Source: Candidatus Heimdallarchaeota archaeon (GTDB lineage: Archaea > Asgardarchaeota > Heimdallarchaeia > JABLTI01). From it: DNA of 64,000 nucleotides. The translations under genes and the position numbers were made by a program. Location of the stretch: contig JABCTZ010000032.1 of the NCBI GenBank assembly GCA_018238155.1, positions 298,491-362,490 of the forward strand, read 5' to 3'. Shown piece by piece: positions 48,850 to 59,839 of this stretch. The notes below the pieces were generated by a model. It was not told the DNA's origin. It did no database searches and saw nothing but the letters and a program-made list of their open reading frames with translations. Numbering within the stretch: position 1 is the stretch's first letter; each line of letters opens with the position of its first letter.

Positions 48850-48870
48850 GTTAAAAAGAAAAGAAAAAAA

Positions 48871-51804
48871 TTAGAAGTAAGATTTCAGAATCTTCATAAT
48901 TGAAGGTCCATCTAAGACCTGTTTAACTTCTAATTCACGACCCTCTGAAGTAATTACTTTACCTGTTCTATTCAACCAAGCAGGTGAAGGCAAAACTAAA
49001 TCGGCATTCTTGTTTTCACCCATTGATATTGTGAATCCTTTGAACTTTTTATCAGATGATCCAATAACAAGATAATTCTTTGCTTTTGGAACCTCTTTCA
49101 AACCGAGTTGTATAAGACCTACTTCATTTAGTCCTTTGTGCATAATGATTGTTGGAATGTCTCCGGGCTGTGCTGGAGCATTAACAATGACAATGTCTGG
49201 GTTTTCCTTGGTAATGATTGCTCCTTGTTTCTTAGCTATGTGAACAAAGGGTTTCAAAACAGGGTAGTCTGATAAATCAACGTCCAATTTTATGCGTTTG
49301 CTAGTAAAGATAGATGCAAATTTGGTTGTAGAAATACCTTTATCGTAGATAGCTCCAATAGAGAATTTATGTTTCGATGCAAATTTCATTAACTCTTGTG
49401 CTTCGTCATTTGTCACACTTGGTGTTAAAACAATGGCTAAACTTCCGAGATGATCCTTAATAATAGTTTTAGCTTCATCATCAGAGATTTCTTTGAACTT
49501 GCTACCAACCTTCTGCATTGGTTTCTCTACACTTTTCTCCCAACTTCTGCCGAATCTTGGTTTATCACAAACCAAACCGTGATTCCAAGAATCATCGATA
49601 GTTGAAACATTCACTGGAATTCCCTTGTAGATATCAATATTCATTTCACAACCCATTCCGCAATCATTGCAGACAGTTGGTTTAGGAGTAACATTCCAAG
49701 GACCATCTTTTGGATATGGAGTTTTAAGTGCAAATGCACCTGTTGGACAATCATCAACAAATTGACCAATAAAATCACCTTTAACTTCACCGAGTTTGGT
49801 TCCGGGTGGCGGGCCATTTTTTGTTGAAAATCCTCTGTTGAGATTATCAATTAATCCTTCGCCAGTTATTTCATGGGTTAAATTGATACATCTACCACAC
49901 AAGATACATTTGTTATTATCAAGAATAACATTGGGATGGGATTCATCAATCACATCTGATTGTAGTTCCCCTTCAAAAGTATCTTGTTTAGCATTATACA
50001 TCATTGAGTATTCTTTCAATTTGCAATCAAAAGAATCAAGACAACCACAAGACATACACCTTTCAGTTTCTTTTAAGATATCTTCTTCTGAATGAGTTAA
50101 CTCAACTTCATCAAATGTTTTTGCGCGTTCATTTGCAGGAAGGAGCTTTGGTTTTGCTCTTTCTTGTCGTTTTCTATCTTTGTAATCTTCTTCAGTAACT
50201 TTCTTCCAATGATTATATGGATAGTATTTTAGAAGGAATTCTTTGAGGTTTTTATCAGAATAGATTTCATCTAGATGTTCTGAAGGCTTTCGAATAATTT
50301 CTCGGATTTTAGGGAGAGTACCTTTAAGATAAAAATCAATCATTTGTGCAGCATTTTTAGACGTTGCAATAGCTTCAATGACAGTTGCTGCGCCAATTGC
50401 TACATCACCACCAACGAACACACCTGGAAGATTAGTTTCATAGGTGATTTCATCATATTTTGCTCCGCCCCAGTTATGATGTTCCAAACCATGTTGAGCT
50501 AAGAGATCATAATCGGGTCTTTGTCCGATTGCAAAAATGACAGTATCAACTTCAACACAATAATTTGAACCATCACAAACAATCGGTCGACTCCGACCAC
50601 TTTCATCAGGTTCACCAAGCTCCATTCTAACTAATTCGACTTCTTGGATTTTTCCTTCACCAATTATACCGATTGGATTGGAAAGAATAAGAAAATTAAC
50701 ACCTTCTTCTTCTGCTTCTTCGATTTCAACTTGTCGAGCTGGCATTTCTTTTCTGGTTCGCCTATAGGAAAGTGAAACGTTTGCTCCGAGTCGTACGCAA
50801 GTACGTGCAACATCCATAGCGCTATTGCCTCCTCCAACAACCATAACATTTTCACCAATATCGATTTTCTCACCCATTGCTGTTCGTTTTAAGAAATCGA
50901 TTGCATCCAAAACACCTGGTATTTCGCAATTATCTACTCTTGGTTTGTAAACTTTCCAAGCACCAATGCCGACAAAAACGGCATCATGTTTCATTTGTAG
51001 CTCTTCAAGTGTAATATCAACACTGACCTTTGTGTTAGTTTTTACTTCAATACCTGTATTAATTACAGTAGCAATATCTTTGTCCAAAATAGCTTTTGGT
51101 AAACGATATTCTGGTATACCATAACGCAACATACCGCCAAGTTCTGGGAGAGATTCATAGATAGTAACTTTATGTCCTTTTATTCGTAAATAGAAAGCCG
51201 CTGCAAGACCCGCAGGACCGCCACCGACTACTCCAACACTTTTACCAGTCTCTTTTGGAATGTCAGGCATCCAAGGACCATGTTCTAAATCATAATCTGC
51301 TGCAAATCGTTTTGCTTCACGAATTGCTACAGGACCTTCGACAAGATTCCTTCTACAAGCATCTTCACAGAACGCCGGACAGACACGACCAAGTGATGCT
51401 GGTAAAATGTAATCTTGTTTCATTAAAGCAACTGCTTCATGATGTTTGCCCATAGCAATTAATGCAAGATAGTTTTGAACTTCACTTTTAGTTGGACACC
51501 CATCATTACAAGGACCGATACAATCTCCATAATGATCAGAGAGCATCAATTCAAGAGCAGTTTTTCTACTATTAATCACAACATCATTATTGATATTTAT
51601 CTTGTCGTTTTCTCTTGGATAGGTTGAACAAGCAGGTAATAGACGTCCGTTGATTTCAACTAAACATAGTCTACAAGAACCATAAGGATCTAGCTCTTTT
51701 ACTTTGCAAACTCCCGCAATATGACGGTTGTTTTGCAACAAATAATCCATAATTGATGTTTTTTCAGGGAATTCTTTTTCGTCAGAATTTATTTTAACTT
51801 TCAT
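48871..51804 (-). CDS. NfnA/BfuA (NsoC)-like subunit: [2Fe-2S], GltD-like FAD/NADPH module, [4Fe-4S], degenerate molybdopterin-like domain
   Basis: GSCRLCLVE, GRVCPAFCEDAC, GGGPAG, GGGNSAMD, YRRT, RCMSCGC, CILCGRC, CNDCGMGC; no H-cluster motifs. Confidence 0.85.
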   Translation of the reverse strand: MKVKINSDEKEFPEKTSIMDYLLQNNRHIAGVCKVKELDPYGSCRLCLVEINGRLLPACSTYPRENDKININNDVVINSRKTALELMLSDHYGDCIGPCNDGCPTKSEVQNYLALIAMGKHHEAVALMKQDYILPASLGRVCPAFCEDACRRNLVEGPVAIREAKRFAADYDLEHGPWMPDIPKETGKSVGVVGGGPAGLAAAFYLRIKGHKVTIYESLPELGGMLRYGIPEYRLPKAILDKDIATVINTGIEVKTNTKVSVDITLEELQMKHDAVFVGIGAWKVYKPRVDNCEIPGVLDAIDFLKRTAMGEKIDIGENVMVVGGGNSAMDVARTCVRLGANVSLSYRRTRKEMPARQVEIEEAEEEGVNFLILSNPIGIIGEGKIQEVELVRMELGEPDESGRSRPIVCDGSNYCVEVDTVIFAIGQRPDYDLLAQHGLEHHNWGGAKYDEITYETNLPGVFVGGDVAIGAATVIEAIATSKNAAQMIDFYLKGTLPKIREIIRKPSEHLDEIYSDKNLKEFLLKYYPYNHWKKVTEEDYKDRKRQERAKPKLLPANERAKTFDEVELTHSEEDILKETERCMSCGCLDSFDCKLKEYSMMYNAKQDTFEGELQSDVIDESHPNVILDNNKCILCGRCINLTHEITGEGLIDNLNRGFSTKNGPPPGTKLGEVKGDFIGQFVDDCPTGAFALKTPYPKDGPWNVTPKPTVCNDCGMGCEMNIDIYKGIPVNVSTIDDSWNHGLVCDKPRFGRSWEKSVEKPMQKVGSKFKEISDDEAKTIIKDHLGSLAIVLTPSVTNDEAQELMKFASKHKFSIGAIYDKGISTTKFASIFTSKRIKLDVDLSDYPVLKPFVHIAKKQGAIITKENPDIVIVNAPAQPGDIPTIIMHKGLNEVGLIQLGLKEVPKAKNYLVIGSSDKKFKGFTISMGENKNADLVLPSPAWLNRTGKVITSEGRELEVKQVLDGPSIMKILKSYF

Positions 51805-51811
51805 TTGCTGT

Positions 51812-53593
51812 TCACTCCACATCTATTGCATCAAAACGACAAGCTTGATAACAAGCACCACATTGAATGCATTTATCTTGATCAATAACATGAATGGCTT
51901 TCTTATCCCCTGTAATGGCATCTGTTGGGCATTTTCTAGCACAAGCACGACAACCAGTACAAGCATCACTTATTGTGTAAGTGAGTAATGGTTTGCAAAC
52001 TTTAGCAGAGCATTTTTTGTTATTGATGTGTGCTTCATATTCACCTCTGAAATATCGCACAGTCGTTAGAACTGGATTTGGAGCTGTTTGACCCAAACCA
52101 CAGAGAGAACCTGTTTTAACTTTAGGAGATAAATCAAGTAATTTGTCAATGTCTTCTATAACGCCTTCTCCTTTAGAGATTCTATCAAGGATTTCCCATA
52201 ATCTTTTGGTACCAAGTCGACAATAGGTGCATTTGCCACATGACTCTAAAACGGTGAAATCTAAAAAGAACTTCGCAATATCGATCATACAAGAATCGTC
52301 GTCCATTACAACCATTCCACCGCTGCCCATAATTGCACCGGTAGCATTAATGGATTCATAATCAACTGGTGTGTCAAATAGAGATAATGGAATACAGCCA
52401 CCAGAAGGACCACCCATTTGCACTGCTTTGAGTGGTTTGCCTGATTTAGTTCCTCCACCAATATCTATGAGGATTTCTTTAATGGTCATACCCATTGGAA
52501 CTTCTACATTTCCACCACGCTTGATCTTTCCAGCTAAAGCGAAAACTTTTGTTCCTTTGCTCTTTTCTGAACCCATGGCAATATATTTTTGCCAACCATT
52601 AAGCAAAATCCAAGGGACATTTGCCCAAGTTTCTACATTATTAATATTGGTTGGTTTACCTTTGTACCCTTTTGTTGAGGGATAGGGAGGTCGAAGGTTT
52701 GGCATACCGCGTTTGCCTTCAAGAGAAGCAAGTAATGCTGTTTCTTCTCCACAGACAAAAGCACCTGCTCCTTCCATAATAGATAAATCGAAATCAAAAC
52801 CAGAGCCAAGAATATCTTTTCCAAGGAAGCCTTTTTCTCGGGCTTGTTTGATTGCGATATCTAATCTCTTTATTGCGAGAGGATATTCTGCTCGACAATA
52901 GATGAAACCATGATTTGCACCAATCACGTACGCACCAATAATCATTCCTTCTAAAACTTTGTGTGGGTCACCTTCCAAAACATTTCTGTTCATAAAAGCA
53001 CCTGGATCTCCTTCGTCAGCGTTGCAAACAATATATTTAGGTTCACCTTGTGCCTGTCTGGTAAATTTCCATTTTAATGCTGTTGGAAAACCTGCACCAC
53101 CTCTTCCACGTAAACCCGATTTAGAAAGGACATCAATAATTTCGTCAGCAGTCATTTTCAGAGCTTTTTCAAGCGCCTTGTAACCATCAACCTCAATGTA
53201 TTCCTCAATTTTCTCAGGGTCAATATACCCTGAATTTTCTAAAATAATCTTGATTTGTTTTGAGAAAAAATTATCGACATCCCAAACGGTAACTGGTTTG
53301 GACTTAAATTCATCTTTTTTCACTAGAAATTCTTCAACAATTTCTCCTTTGACGATATGTTTATCGATGATTTGTTTCATTTTTTTGGTTGTCAAATCAC
53401 CGTAAGTGTAGATCATATCTTCTGTAACAATATCTACTAAAGGTTCACGATAGCACATACCAGTACAACCAACATTCTTAATCTCTAACTCAATACTCTG
53501 TTCTTTAAACTCAGTTTCAATGAATTCTTTGATCTCTTCAGCACCAGCTGCAATACCACAAGAATTCATACCAACACAAATTCTCTTGATCAT
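51812..53593 (-). CDS. NuoF/HydB-like (BfuB) FMN/NADH subunit
   Basis: GRGGAGFP, CNADEGDPGAFMNR, GAGAFVCGEETAL, GGPSGG, ESCGKCTYCR, C-terminal 2x[4Fe-4S]. Confidence 0.93.
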   Translation of the reverse strand: MIKRICVGMNSCGIAAGAEEIKEFIETEFKEQSIELEIKNVGCTGMCYREPLVDIVTEDMIYTYGDLTTKKMKQIIDKHIVKGEIVEEFLVKKDEFKSKPVTVWDVDNFFSKQIKIILENSGYIDPEKIEEYIEVDGYKALEKALKMTADEIIDVLSKSGLRGRGGAGFPTALKWKFTRQAQGEPKYIVCNADEGDPGAFMNRNVLEGDPHKVLEGMIIGAYVIGANHGFIYCRAEYPLAIKRLDIAIKQAREKGFLGKDILGSGFDFDLSIMEGAGAFVCGEETALLASLEGKRGMPNLRPPYPSTKGYKGKPTNINNVETWANVPWILLNGWQKYIAMGSEKSKGTKVFALAGKIKRGGNVEVPMGMTIKEILIDIGGGTKSGKPLKAVQMGGPSGGCIPLSLFDTPVDYESINATGAIMGSGGMVVMDDDSCMIDIAKFFLDFTVLESCGKCTYCRLGTKRLWEILDRISKGEGVIEDIDKLLDLSPKVKTGSLCGLGQTAPNPVLTTVRYFRGEYEAHINNKKCSAKVCKPLLTYTISDACTGCRACARKCPTDAITGDKKAIHVIDQDKCIQCGACYQACRFDAIDVE

Positions 53594-54060
53594 TCAAATT
53601 CATCCTTAACTATTTTTTTAGCTATACGTCGAACATCAGCTCGTGTTAAATTTCCGTAGACTTTGTCATTCACACTAAGAACAGGTGCAAGGCTACAACA
53701 ACCTAAACAAGCAACAGCTTGAAGTGTGATTAAACCATCAGAAGTAGTTTCTTCTTCTTGGATGCCAAAAATGTCTATTAATTCATCTGCGATACCAACT
53801 GCGCCATTGACATGACAAGCAGTACCATGGCAAACCTTCACCACATATTTCCCTAATGGAGTAAAATTGAATTGGGAATAGAATGTCGCTACTCCATAAA
53901 TTCTACTCAAAGGAACATCCAAATAACTAGCTAGTTCACCTAAAGCTTCACTAGGCAAATAACCAAATTTATCTTGAATTTGTTGTAGTAAAGGGATAAT
54001 GGAACTACTCTCAGTTGAGTGCTCTTTGAAAAAGTCCAAGTCCTTTTTGTCTATTACCAT
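53590..54060 (-). CDS. NuoE/HydC-like (BfuC) [2Fe-2S] subunit
   Basis: GVATFY, VCHGTAC, ACLGCCSLAP. Confidence 0.93.
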   Translation of the reverse strand: MVIDKKDLDFFKEHSTESSSIIPLLQQIQDKFGYLPSEALGELASYLDVPLSRIYGVATFYSQFNFTPLGKYVVKVCHGTACHVNGAVGIADELIDIFGIQEEETTSDGLITLQAVACLGCCSLAPVLSVNDKVYGNLTRADVRRIAKKIVKDEFE

Positions 54061-54228
54061 TTGAATCGCCGAAATTCTAATTTCTCTCATCTTTAAGATT
54101 TTTGATTGGTATACCATTTTAAGTGGAAAGGATTTGTTACTTGAGAATCAATCACAAATAGCTATTATAAAGTAAATAAATTTGAAACAGATAAAAAAAG
54201 GCTATGGATTCCAACAAATAGAAAAGAG

Positions 54229-54248
54229 TGAGGAAACAATTTTCCTCA
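54229..54248 (-). terminator. Perfect 8-bp hairpin after ABC permease
   Basis: TGAGGAAA-caat-TTTCCTCA. Confidence 0.5.
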
Positions 54249-54273
54249 TTTTTGAATTGACTAATTAGAATGT

Positions 54274-56763
54274 TTATGTTGCGCCTGTTTGACGAAGTTC
54301 ACTAGCCAAGTCCAGTTTTTTAATTCGACGGACAAGTCTTGCAGTTGCTAACCACAAAGCGAGTAAGGATAATACGAGTACTATCGGCCAAGTAAACCAT
54401 GGAATTGTTTTTGGAACATAGAAACTTCCCTCCAACATATATTCTAGGGACCAAATATATGATAGATAACCTAATGGCACTGTGAGAATTAAACCAAAGA
54501 TACTAAGTATAGAGTTTTCCCAGAAAATCATACGGCGTAAATACTTCATCTTTGTGCCCATCGCTTTGAGAGCTAGAAAGTCTTGCTGCCTATCAACAAA
54601 AGAGATATACATCGCTTGGAAACTGAAAGCGACACCAGTAACTAATCCAATTACTAGAAATATTAGCATCATACCCAACATTGATTGCATCAAAGCCAAC
54701 ATAGAATTTAATGCAATCTCAGCTTCAACCCAGGCGTTTATGGAGAATTCTTCTTCAAATTCACTACGTAATGCAATTAGATCAGTATCTGATTCAACTT
54801 GAATTGAAATACCATTTACAAAACCTTCTGGTAAACCAAATACAAGATTTGCTTCACTTTTATAAAATGATTCTAAAGTCCAAAAAACTGAATAATCTAT
54901 TAATTCACCAACTATGCCACCAATTTTGACAGTTTGATTTCCAATTAACCCTATTGATATCTCATCCCCTATTGTAATATCATATTCGGATGCAAATGCT
55001 TTCCCTAGAAGGATAGTTGATTCATCTAACTGCGATTTATCAATAGCATCTCCTTTAATAACGTTGAAATGGCGCATAGTAGAATTTTCTTGGAAACAAG
55101 TTATCTGAGCCCAGCTAATAAATTCATCTCGAAAATTTATTTTTGTAAAAAGGTCAACAAAAGTTTCTGATGCAGTGATTTGCCCAACAGTAGGATTACT
55201 TTCATTAACCATGAAAGCATTTACAGTTGCAATTGGAACAGGCGTTTCAAATTTTAATTGAACATCATAGGTATTGTATTCCTGGAAATTATTCATCATA
55301 ATATCATACATGTTCCATTCCAAAGCTATAGAATTAACTAGAACAATCATAGACGTTGTCAAGGCCATAATTGTGATCAATGTTTTCTTTTTATTCATAA
55401 ACACTTCACGTAAAGGAACTAACATATGAATTGATTTGAAAATTGGAATCCAACCAAATATTTTTTCAGTTAATGATTTGCCTGTTGTCTTTATTCTGGT
55501 AAAAGTTGCAGACATTGCTTCTCGTGGAGTTGCACTTGTGATAGGCCAAGCACTTAGTAAAGCTGCACCAAAACAAATGGCTAAAGTTATTGCAGAAGTT
55601 ATGATGTATGGGATGACATCAACCGAAAGTGCTTGTTGATGTGTTCCATAAACCATGGTAACCATTTTAGTCATTCCAATGCTAAGACCGTAACCAAGCG
55701 GAACACCGATTAACATGCCAATAGATGATAATAGTAATGCAATGTTAATGTAATGAAAAAGAATATTTCCTTTTTTAGCTCCCATTGATAAGAATAAACC
55801 AATGTTCTTTCTCTGTGAATTTACTAATTTAGTTAATGTGTTTATGATAATAATTGCACAAACAATGATACTGATGAGACCAAAAACTACGCCAAATTTA
55901 TCAACAGCACCGGCATCGCTTTCAAACATCTTATACTCGAGTGTTTCATCAAACAATTCGAATTTCAATGTATTAACATCAATATTATTCTGTGAAAAAT
56001 AATTTGTCAATGAATCCGCGGCATCTAATATCATCTCCTCATCAAACCGCTCATCAACAATGTATAAAATTTGGTTAACAACATCTTGGCTATAAAAGAG
56101 AATGTCTTGAATTGTGTTAATGTTAACCCAAATAATCGCCAACTCACCTAAAAGAGGCATATTAGTAATGGGATCTACACAATAAATATAATCTGTATCT
56201 TGAGCAATACCTGTAGCATTAAATGAAAACCAGCTACCTCCAATATTCACTTCAACAAGATCATCTACTTCTATATCCTGTCCTAAAATTGGTATGATTC
56301 CCGCAAAATGAGCTTCAAGTAAACAACTATTATTTCTTGCTAATAATTCGGAATCTGAAGTAATACTTTCAGAACGTTGCTCAATAGTAAGTTGATTAAC
56401 CTCATTTGGATAGTCTATTCCAATAACGATAGCAGAAAACTTTTCATCCTCAAATTTTAACTCTGTGTTAAAAATAATTCTACCTTCAATTCGATTAATA
56501 TTATTTTCATTCATAAAAGTGGTATTGTTTTTGATTGTAGTGACATTGGTTTGAGCCACAGGTTGTGTGAAAGTAAATCTACCATCTGCTGTATTGGATA
56601 CATCTAGATTTAGAGCATAAGTATCATAAAACATGGGTTCAGCAGCTAACATTCCCGAAACCATACAAATAGTCATTGAAACTATAGCTATTATGGATAA
56701 CGAACGGAATTTATTAAGCCAAATTTCTCTGAAAATTTTCTTAGACATAATCTTCATGGGCAT
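54274..56763 (-). CDS. FtsX/MacB-like ABC permease (two repeats)
   Basis: QRKNIGLFLSMG and RQQDFLALKAMG motifs; large extracytoplasmic loops. Confidence 0.9.
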   Translation of the reverse strand: MPMKIMSKKIFREIWLNKFRSLSIIAIVSMTICMVSGMLAAEPMFYDTYALNLDVSNTADGRFTFTQPVAQTNVTTIKNNTTFMNENNINRIEGRIIFNTELKFEDEKFSAIVIGIDYPNEVNQLTIEQRSESITSDSELLARNNSCLLEAHFAGIIPILGQDIEVDDLVEVNIGGSWFSFNATGIAQDTDYIYCVDPITNMPLLGELAIIWVNINTIQDILFYSQDVVNQILYIVDERFDEEMILDAADSLTNYFSQNNIDVNTLKFELFDETLEYKMFESDAGAVDKFGVVFGLISIIVCAIIIINTLTKLVNSQRKNIGLFLSMGAKKGNILFHYINIALLLSSIGMLIGVPLGYGLSIGMTKMVTMVYGTHQQALSVDVIPYIITSAITLAICFGAALLSAWPITSATPREAMSATFTRIKTTGKSLTEKIFGWIPIFKSIHMLVPLREVFMNKKKTLITIMALTTSMIVLVNSIALEWNMYDIMMNNFQEYNTYDVQLKFETPVPIATVNAFMVNESNPTVGQITASETFVDLFTKINFRDEFISWAQITCFQENSTMRHFNVIKGDAIDKSQLDESTILLGKAFASEYDITIGDEISIGLIGNQTVKIGGIVGELIDYSVFWTLESFYKSEANLVFGLPEGFVNGISIQVESDTDLIALRSEFEEEFSINAWVEAEIALNSMLALMQSMLGMMLIFLVIGLVTGVAFSFQAMYISFVDRQQDFLALKAMGTKMKYLRRMIFWENSILSIFGLILTVPLGYLSYIWSLEYMLEGSFYVPKTIPWFTWPIVLVLSLLALWLATARLVRRIKKLDLASELRQTGAT

Positions 56764-56764
56764 T

Positions 56765-57496
56765 CTAAACTCCAGGCACTTTCTTGGTAATATTACTTTG
56801 AGGTTGCTCTTCGATTTGTTCGATTTTACCCATTCGTAAATGAAAAACTCTATCGGCAAACTGTGTGATGCTCAAATCATGCGAAACTACAATGAAAGTA
56901 GTTTTTTCTTGATGATTGAGATCCCTCATTAATTCAGCGATCTGTTGTCCTGTAACATAATCAAGATTGCCAGTAGGCTCATCTGCAACAATTATTTTTG
57001 GTTTTTTAATCAAAGCTCGAGCGATAGCTACTCTCTGCTGCTCTCCACCAGATAACTGACTTGGAAATCTGTCTTCTTTACCTTCTAACCCAACTTGTTT
57101 TAGAATTTCAAATGATTGTTTCTTAATCTCAGCTTTTGTATGACCACCAGAAAATTCCAAAGCTAAACCAACATTTTCCCATGCTCGTAAGCTAGCTACA
57201 ATATTGAAGAATTGAAAGACCCAACCAACATCCTTGCGTCGATAGGTATTCAAATCACTTAATGAATGATCAGAGATAACCTCACCATCAACAATAACTT
57301 GTCCCTCAGTTGGTTGGTCAATACCACCTATCATATTGAGTAAAGTTGTTTTTCCGGCACCAGAAGGACCAAGGACAACAACAAATTCACCTCGTTTAAC
57401 ATCCATCTTCACACCGTTTAAAGCAAATATCTCAGATTCACCGAATTCAAATATTCGTTTGAGATCTGAAGTTTGGACAATTATATCGTCAGACAT
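56765..57496 (-). CDS. ABC transporter ATPase (LolD/MacB-like)
   Basis: [29 protein letters not shown]. Confidence 0.95.
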   Translation of the reverse strand: MSDDIIVQTSDLKRIFEFGESEIFALNGVKMDVKRGEFVVVLGPSGAGKTTLLNMIGGIDQPTEGQVIVDGEVISDHSLSDLNTYRRKDVGWVFQFFNIVASLRAWENVGLALEFSGGHTKAEIKKQSFEILKQVGLEGKEDRFPSQLSGGEQQRVAIARALIKKPKIIVADEPTGNLDYVTGQQIAELMRDLNHQEKTTFIVVSHDLSITQFADRVFHLRMGKIEQIEEQPQSNITKKVPGV

Positions 57497-57633
57497 GTAA
57501 ATGCACCTTTAACAGCTATCTTTTTCAAACAATAACCGAAAATAATCATTAAGCAAATACAAAGTATCTTGAATAAAAATTAATCGCTATTTTCTAAGTA
57601 TGAAATACAACGTTACTAACTATAGTAAACGAA

Positions 57634-59535
57634 TTACGTTTGTTCCTTCGTAATTCGTTTTAGCATGTTTTCTGCTTTCTTATCTTCTTTGTCTAAAGCA
57701 AGAAGTTTTTCAAAGCATTTCTTAGCGTTATCTAATTCTCTAAATCCATAGAGTTTATTGCCAAAAACCACAAGACTATCCTTGAAAATTTCATTGATTT
57801 CAATAGCTCGTAAAATGAAGTCAAAAGTAGTTTCAAATCCATTTTGTAAATGTAATATTCCTGCTAGATAACCAAAAGACCACTTTAAACCATATTTCTG
57901 GTCCAATTTTGTTTTACATTCTTCTAACAAAACATCGATATCCAAGTCTATCTTTGTCAATGGAATATTTCTAAAATTTATTTTCTTATCATCTAGGAAA
58001 AAGGATTCTCCATCCATATTGAAGTAAACATTGTCTTTGTATTCCTTTAACTTCATATTGTCTGCCCCTATAAGGTAGAGAAACCCATTGATTACTGATA
58101 AACCCAAATAATAATCTACACCAAAAATTGTATATTTGTAAATTCCAAGATATTTCGTCCATTCTTTCTTGTCAGGTCCTTTCTTATCATTTGGTGAGTC
58201 ATTCTGATTTAAGACATACACATCACCATTTATCTTACAATGTAATGAAGTAGCATTTCTTTGTTGCTCAACTAACTTGAATGCTAAAACTTCACCTTCT
58301 TCAGTTGTGTATTCCAATGAGTTTTGTGGATAAAGAAACTGTTTAGAACCAAACATATTGTACATGTATAGCTTACCATTTTCCATTACTATGTTTCGCA
58401 TACTTACTCTGTGGCCTAAATACGTTCCAACTACCTTTTGTAAAACATCAGGTCTAATATTGACAGCTATCGGTTTTGTTTTTTCTTTATACATTAATTC
58501 AAGTGCTTTTCGTGTTAGTTTCACCTGTTCTCCAGAGTGATGTGATGAATTAGTGAAAACAATTGCAGAAATTTTATGTTTAGGAATCCAGGTATGTTGA
58601 GTTTGGTAACCATATCCACCACCACCATGTGTAAAAACTTCAGCATCACCAATGGGGTTCTTTTGATAGAGACCTAAACTATACTTATTTTCCACTCCAT
58701 CTAATTCAAATTGTGGCTTATACATCTCCTCAAAAAGATCTGCAGGGATGAGTTGTTTCCCTTTGAAAGAACCTTTGCCCAAATGTAACATAGCAAAAAG
58801 TGCTTGCTCATTAACCGATATGTACACTCCACCTGCTCCTAACATAGGAACTTGGACAACGGGACATTGAAAATCACCACTAGAGCCTTTCGCGAAAGAA
58901 TGACTTAATGCTTCAGAAAGATTAAAAGTTCCTTTGGTGATGCCTAAAGGTTGGAAGAGCTCTTCTTTAACAACTTCCTGAAATGATTTATTACTAATTT
59001 TTCCCAAAACATAAGCAGTTAAATCCATGCCAATATTAGCATAGGCATATTGAGAGCCAACTTTGTTTCTCAACCAAGTGTCAGCAACACTAATAATGTG
59101 ATCTTCAAACGAACAGGGCGCATTATTGTAATTATTACCTACTGCTGCTTCATGAGTAAAACCTGCAGTATGACTTAACATACGTCGAAATGTGATTTTC
59201 TCAATTTCCTCATCTTGATCACCAAATTTTGTACTAATAGTGAAATTTGGATAGTATTTTCTAATAGAATCATCAAGGTCAATTAAACCCTTGCCTGCAA
59301 GAATCATAAAAGTAGTAGCAGTAATGGTTTTAGCCATAGATTGAGTACTAAAGAGAGTATCAGCAGTAACTTTCTCTTTCTTGGAGGTATCAGTAAAACC
59401 AAAACCCTCTGACCAAACAATTCTTTCATCATCAACTAGAGCTATAGCTAAACCACAGATCTTTTCTCGTTCAACAATTTGTTCAATTTCTTCTCTTAAC
59501 TCTTCAATAATAGAATTATATTTCACAACACTCAA
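57634..59535 (-). CDS. Beta-lactamase-family serine hydrolase with C-terminal TPR-like helices
   Basis: SMAK (SxxK), LSHTAG, YAYAN (YxN), HGG. Confidence 0.88.
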   Translation of the reverse strand: MSVVKYNSIIEELREEIEQIVEREKICGLAIALVDDERIVWSEGFGFTDTSKKEKVTADTLFSTQSMAKTITATTFMILAGKGLIDLDDSIRKYYPNFTISTKFGDQDEEIEKITFRRMLSHTAGFTHEAAVGNNYNNAPCSFEDHIISVADTWLRNKVGSQYAYANIGMDLTAYVLGKISNKSFQEVVKEELFQPLGITKGTFNLSEALSHSFAKGSSGDFQCPVVQVPMLGAGGVYISVNEQALFAMLHLGKGSFKGKQLIPADLFEEMYKPQFELDGVENKYSLGLYQKNPIGDAEVFTHGGGGYGYQTQHTWIPKHKISAIVFTNSSHHSGEQVKLTRKALELMYKEKTKPIAVNIRPDVLQKVVGTYLGHRVSMRNIVMENGKLYMYNMFGSKQFLYPQNSLEYTTEEGEVLAFKLVEQQRNATSLHCKINGDVYVLNQNDSPNDKKGPDKKEWTKYLGIYKYTIFGVDYYLGLSVINGFLYLIGADNMKLKEYKDNVYFNMDGESFFLDDKKINFRNIPLTKIDLDIDVLLEECKTKLDQKYGLKWSFGYLAGILHLQNGFETTFDFILRAIEINEIFKDSLVVFGNKLYGFRELDNAKKCFEKLLALDKEDKKAENMLKRITKEQT

Positions 59536-59839
59536 AATAATCACTTCATTCTGTTTGGGTTTAAAATATCGCAGTATAACTAGAATTCAATTTGCAATCA
59601 TTCTATACAAAAGATAATTCTTCTGTTCTGGCATAATAACCCCCAATATAGATTAACGTACCCAAAATTTACTTATAAATCTTCAAACTAATCTAGTTTT
59701 TCGTAACAAAAATACGTTAATTTTGTTCAAATAATGCTCAAAATCTACAAAAGCAGAATTAAACTTGAGGGGGGAAAAATCAAAAAGTAAAAAAGAAAAG
59801 GTGGCAGATTTTCTAACCCACCAAATATTACAAGTATAT

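Noticed and set aside
48871-54060. [FeFe]-hydrogenase, complex I or formate dehydrogenase call
   Set aside because: No H-cluster motifs, no membrane Nuo subunits, and the molybdopterin-like domain is truncated.
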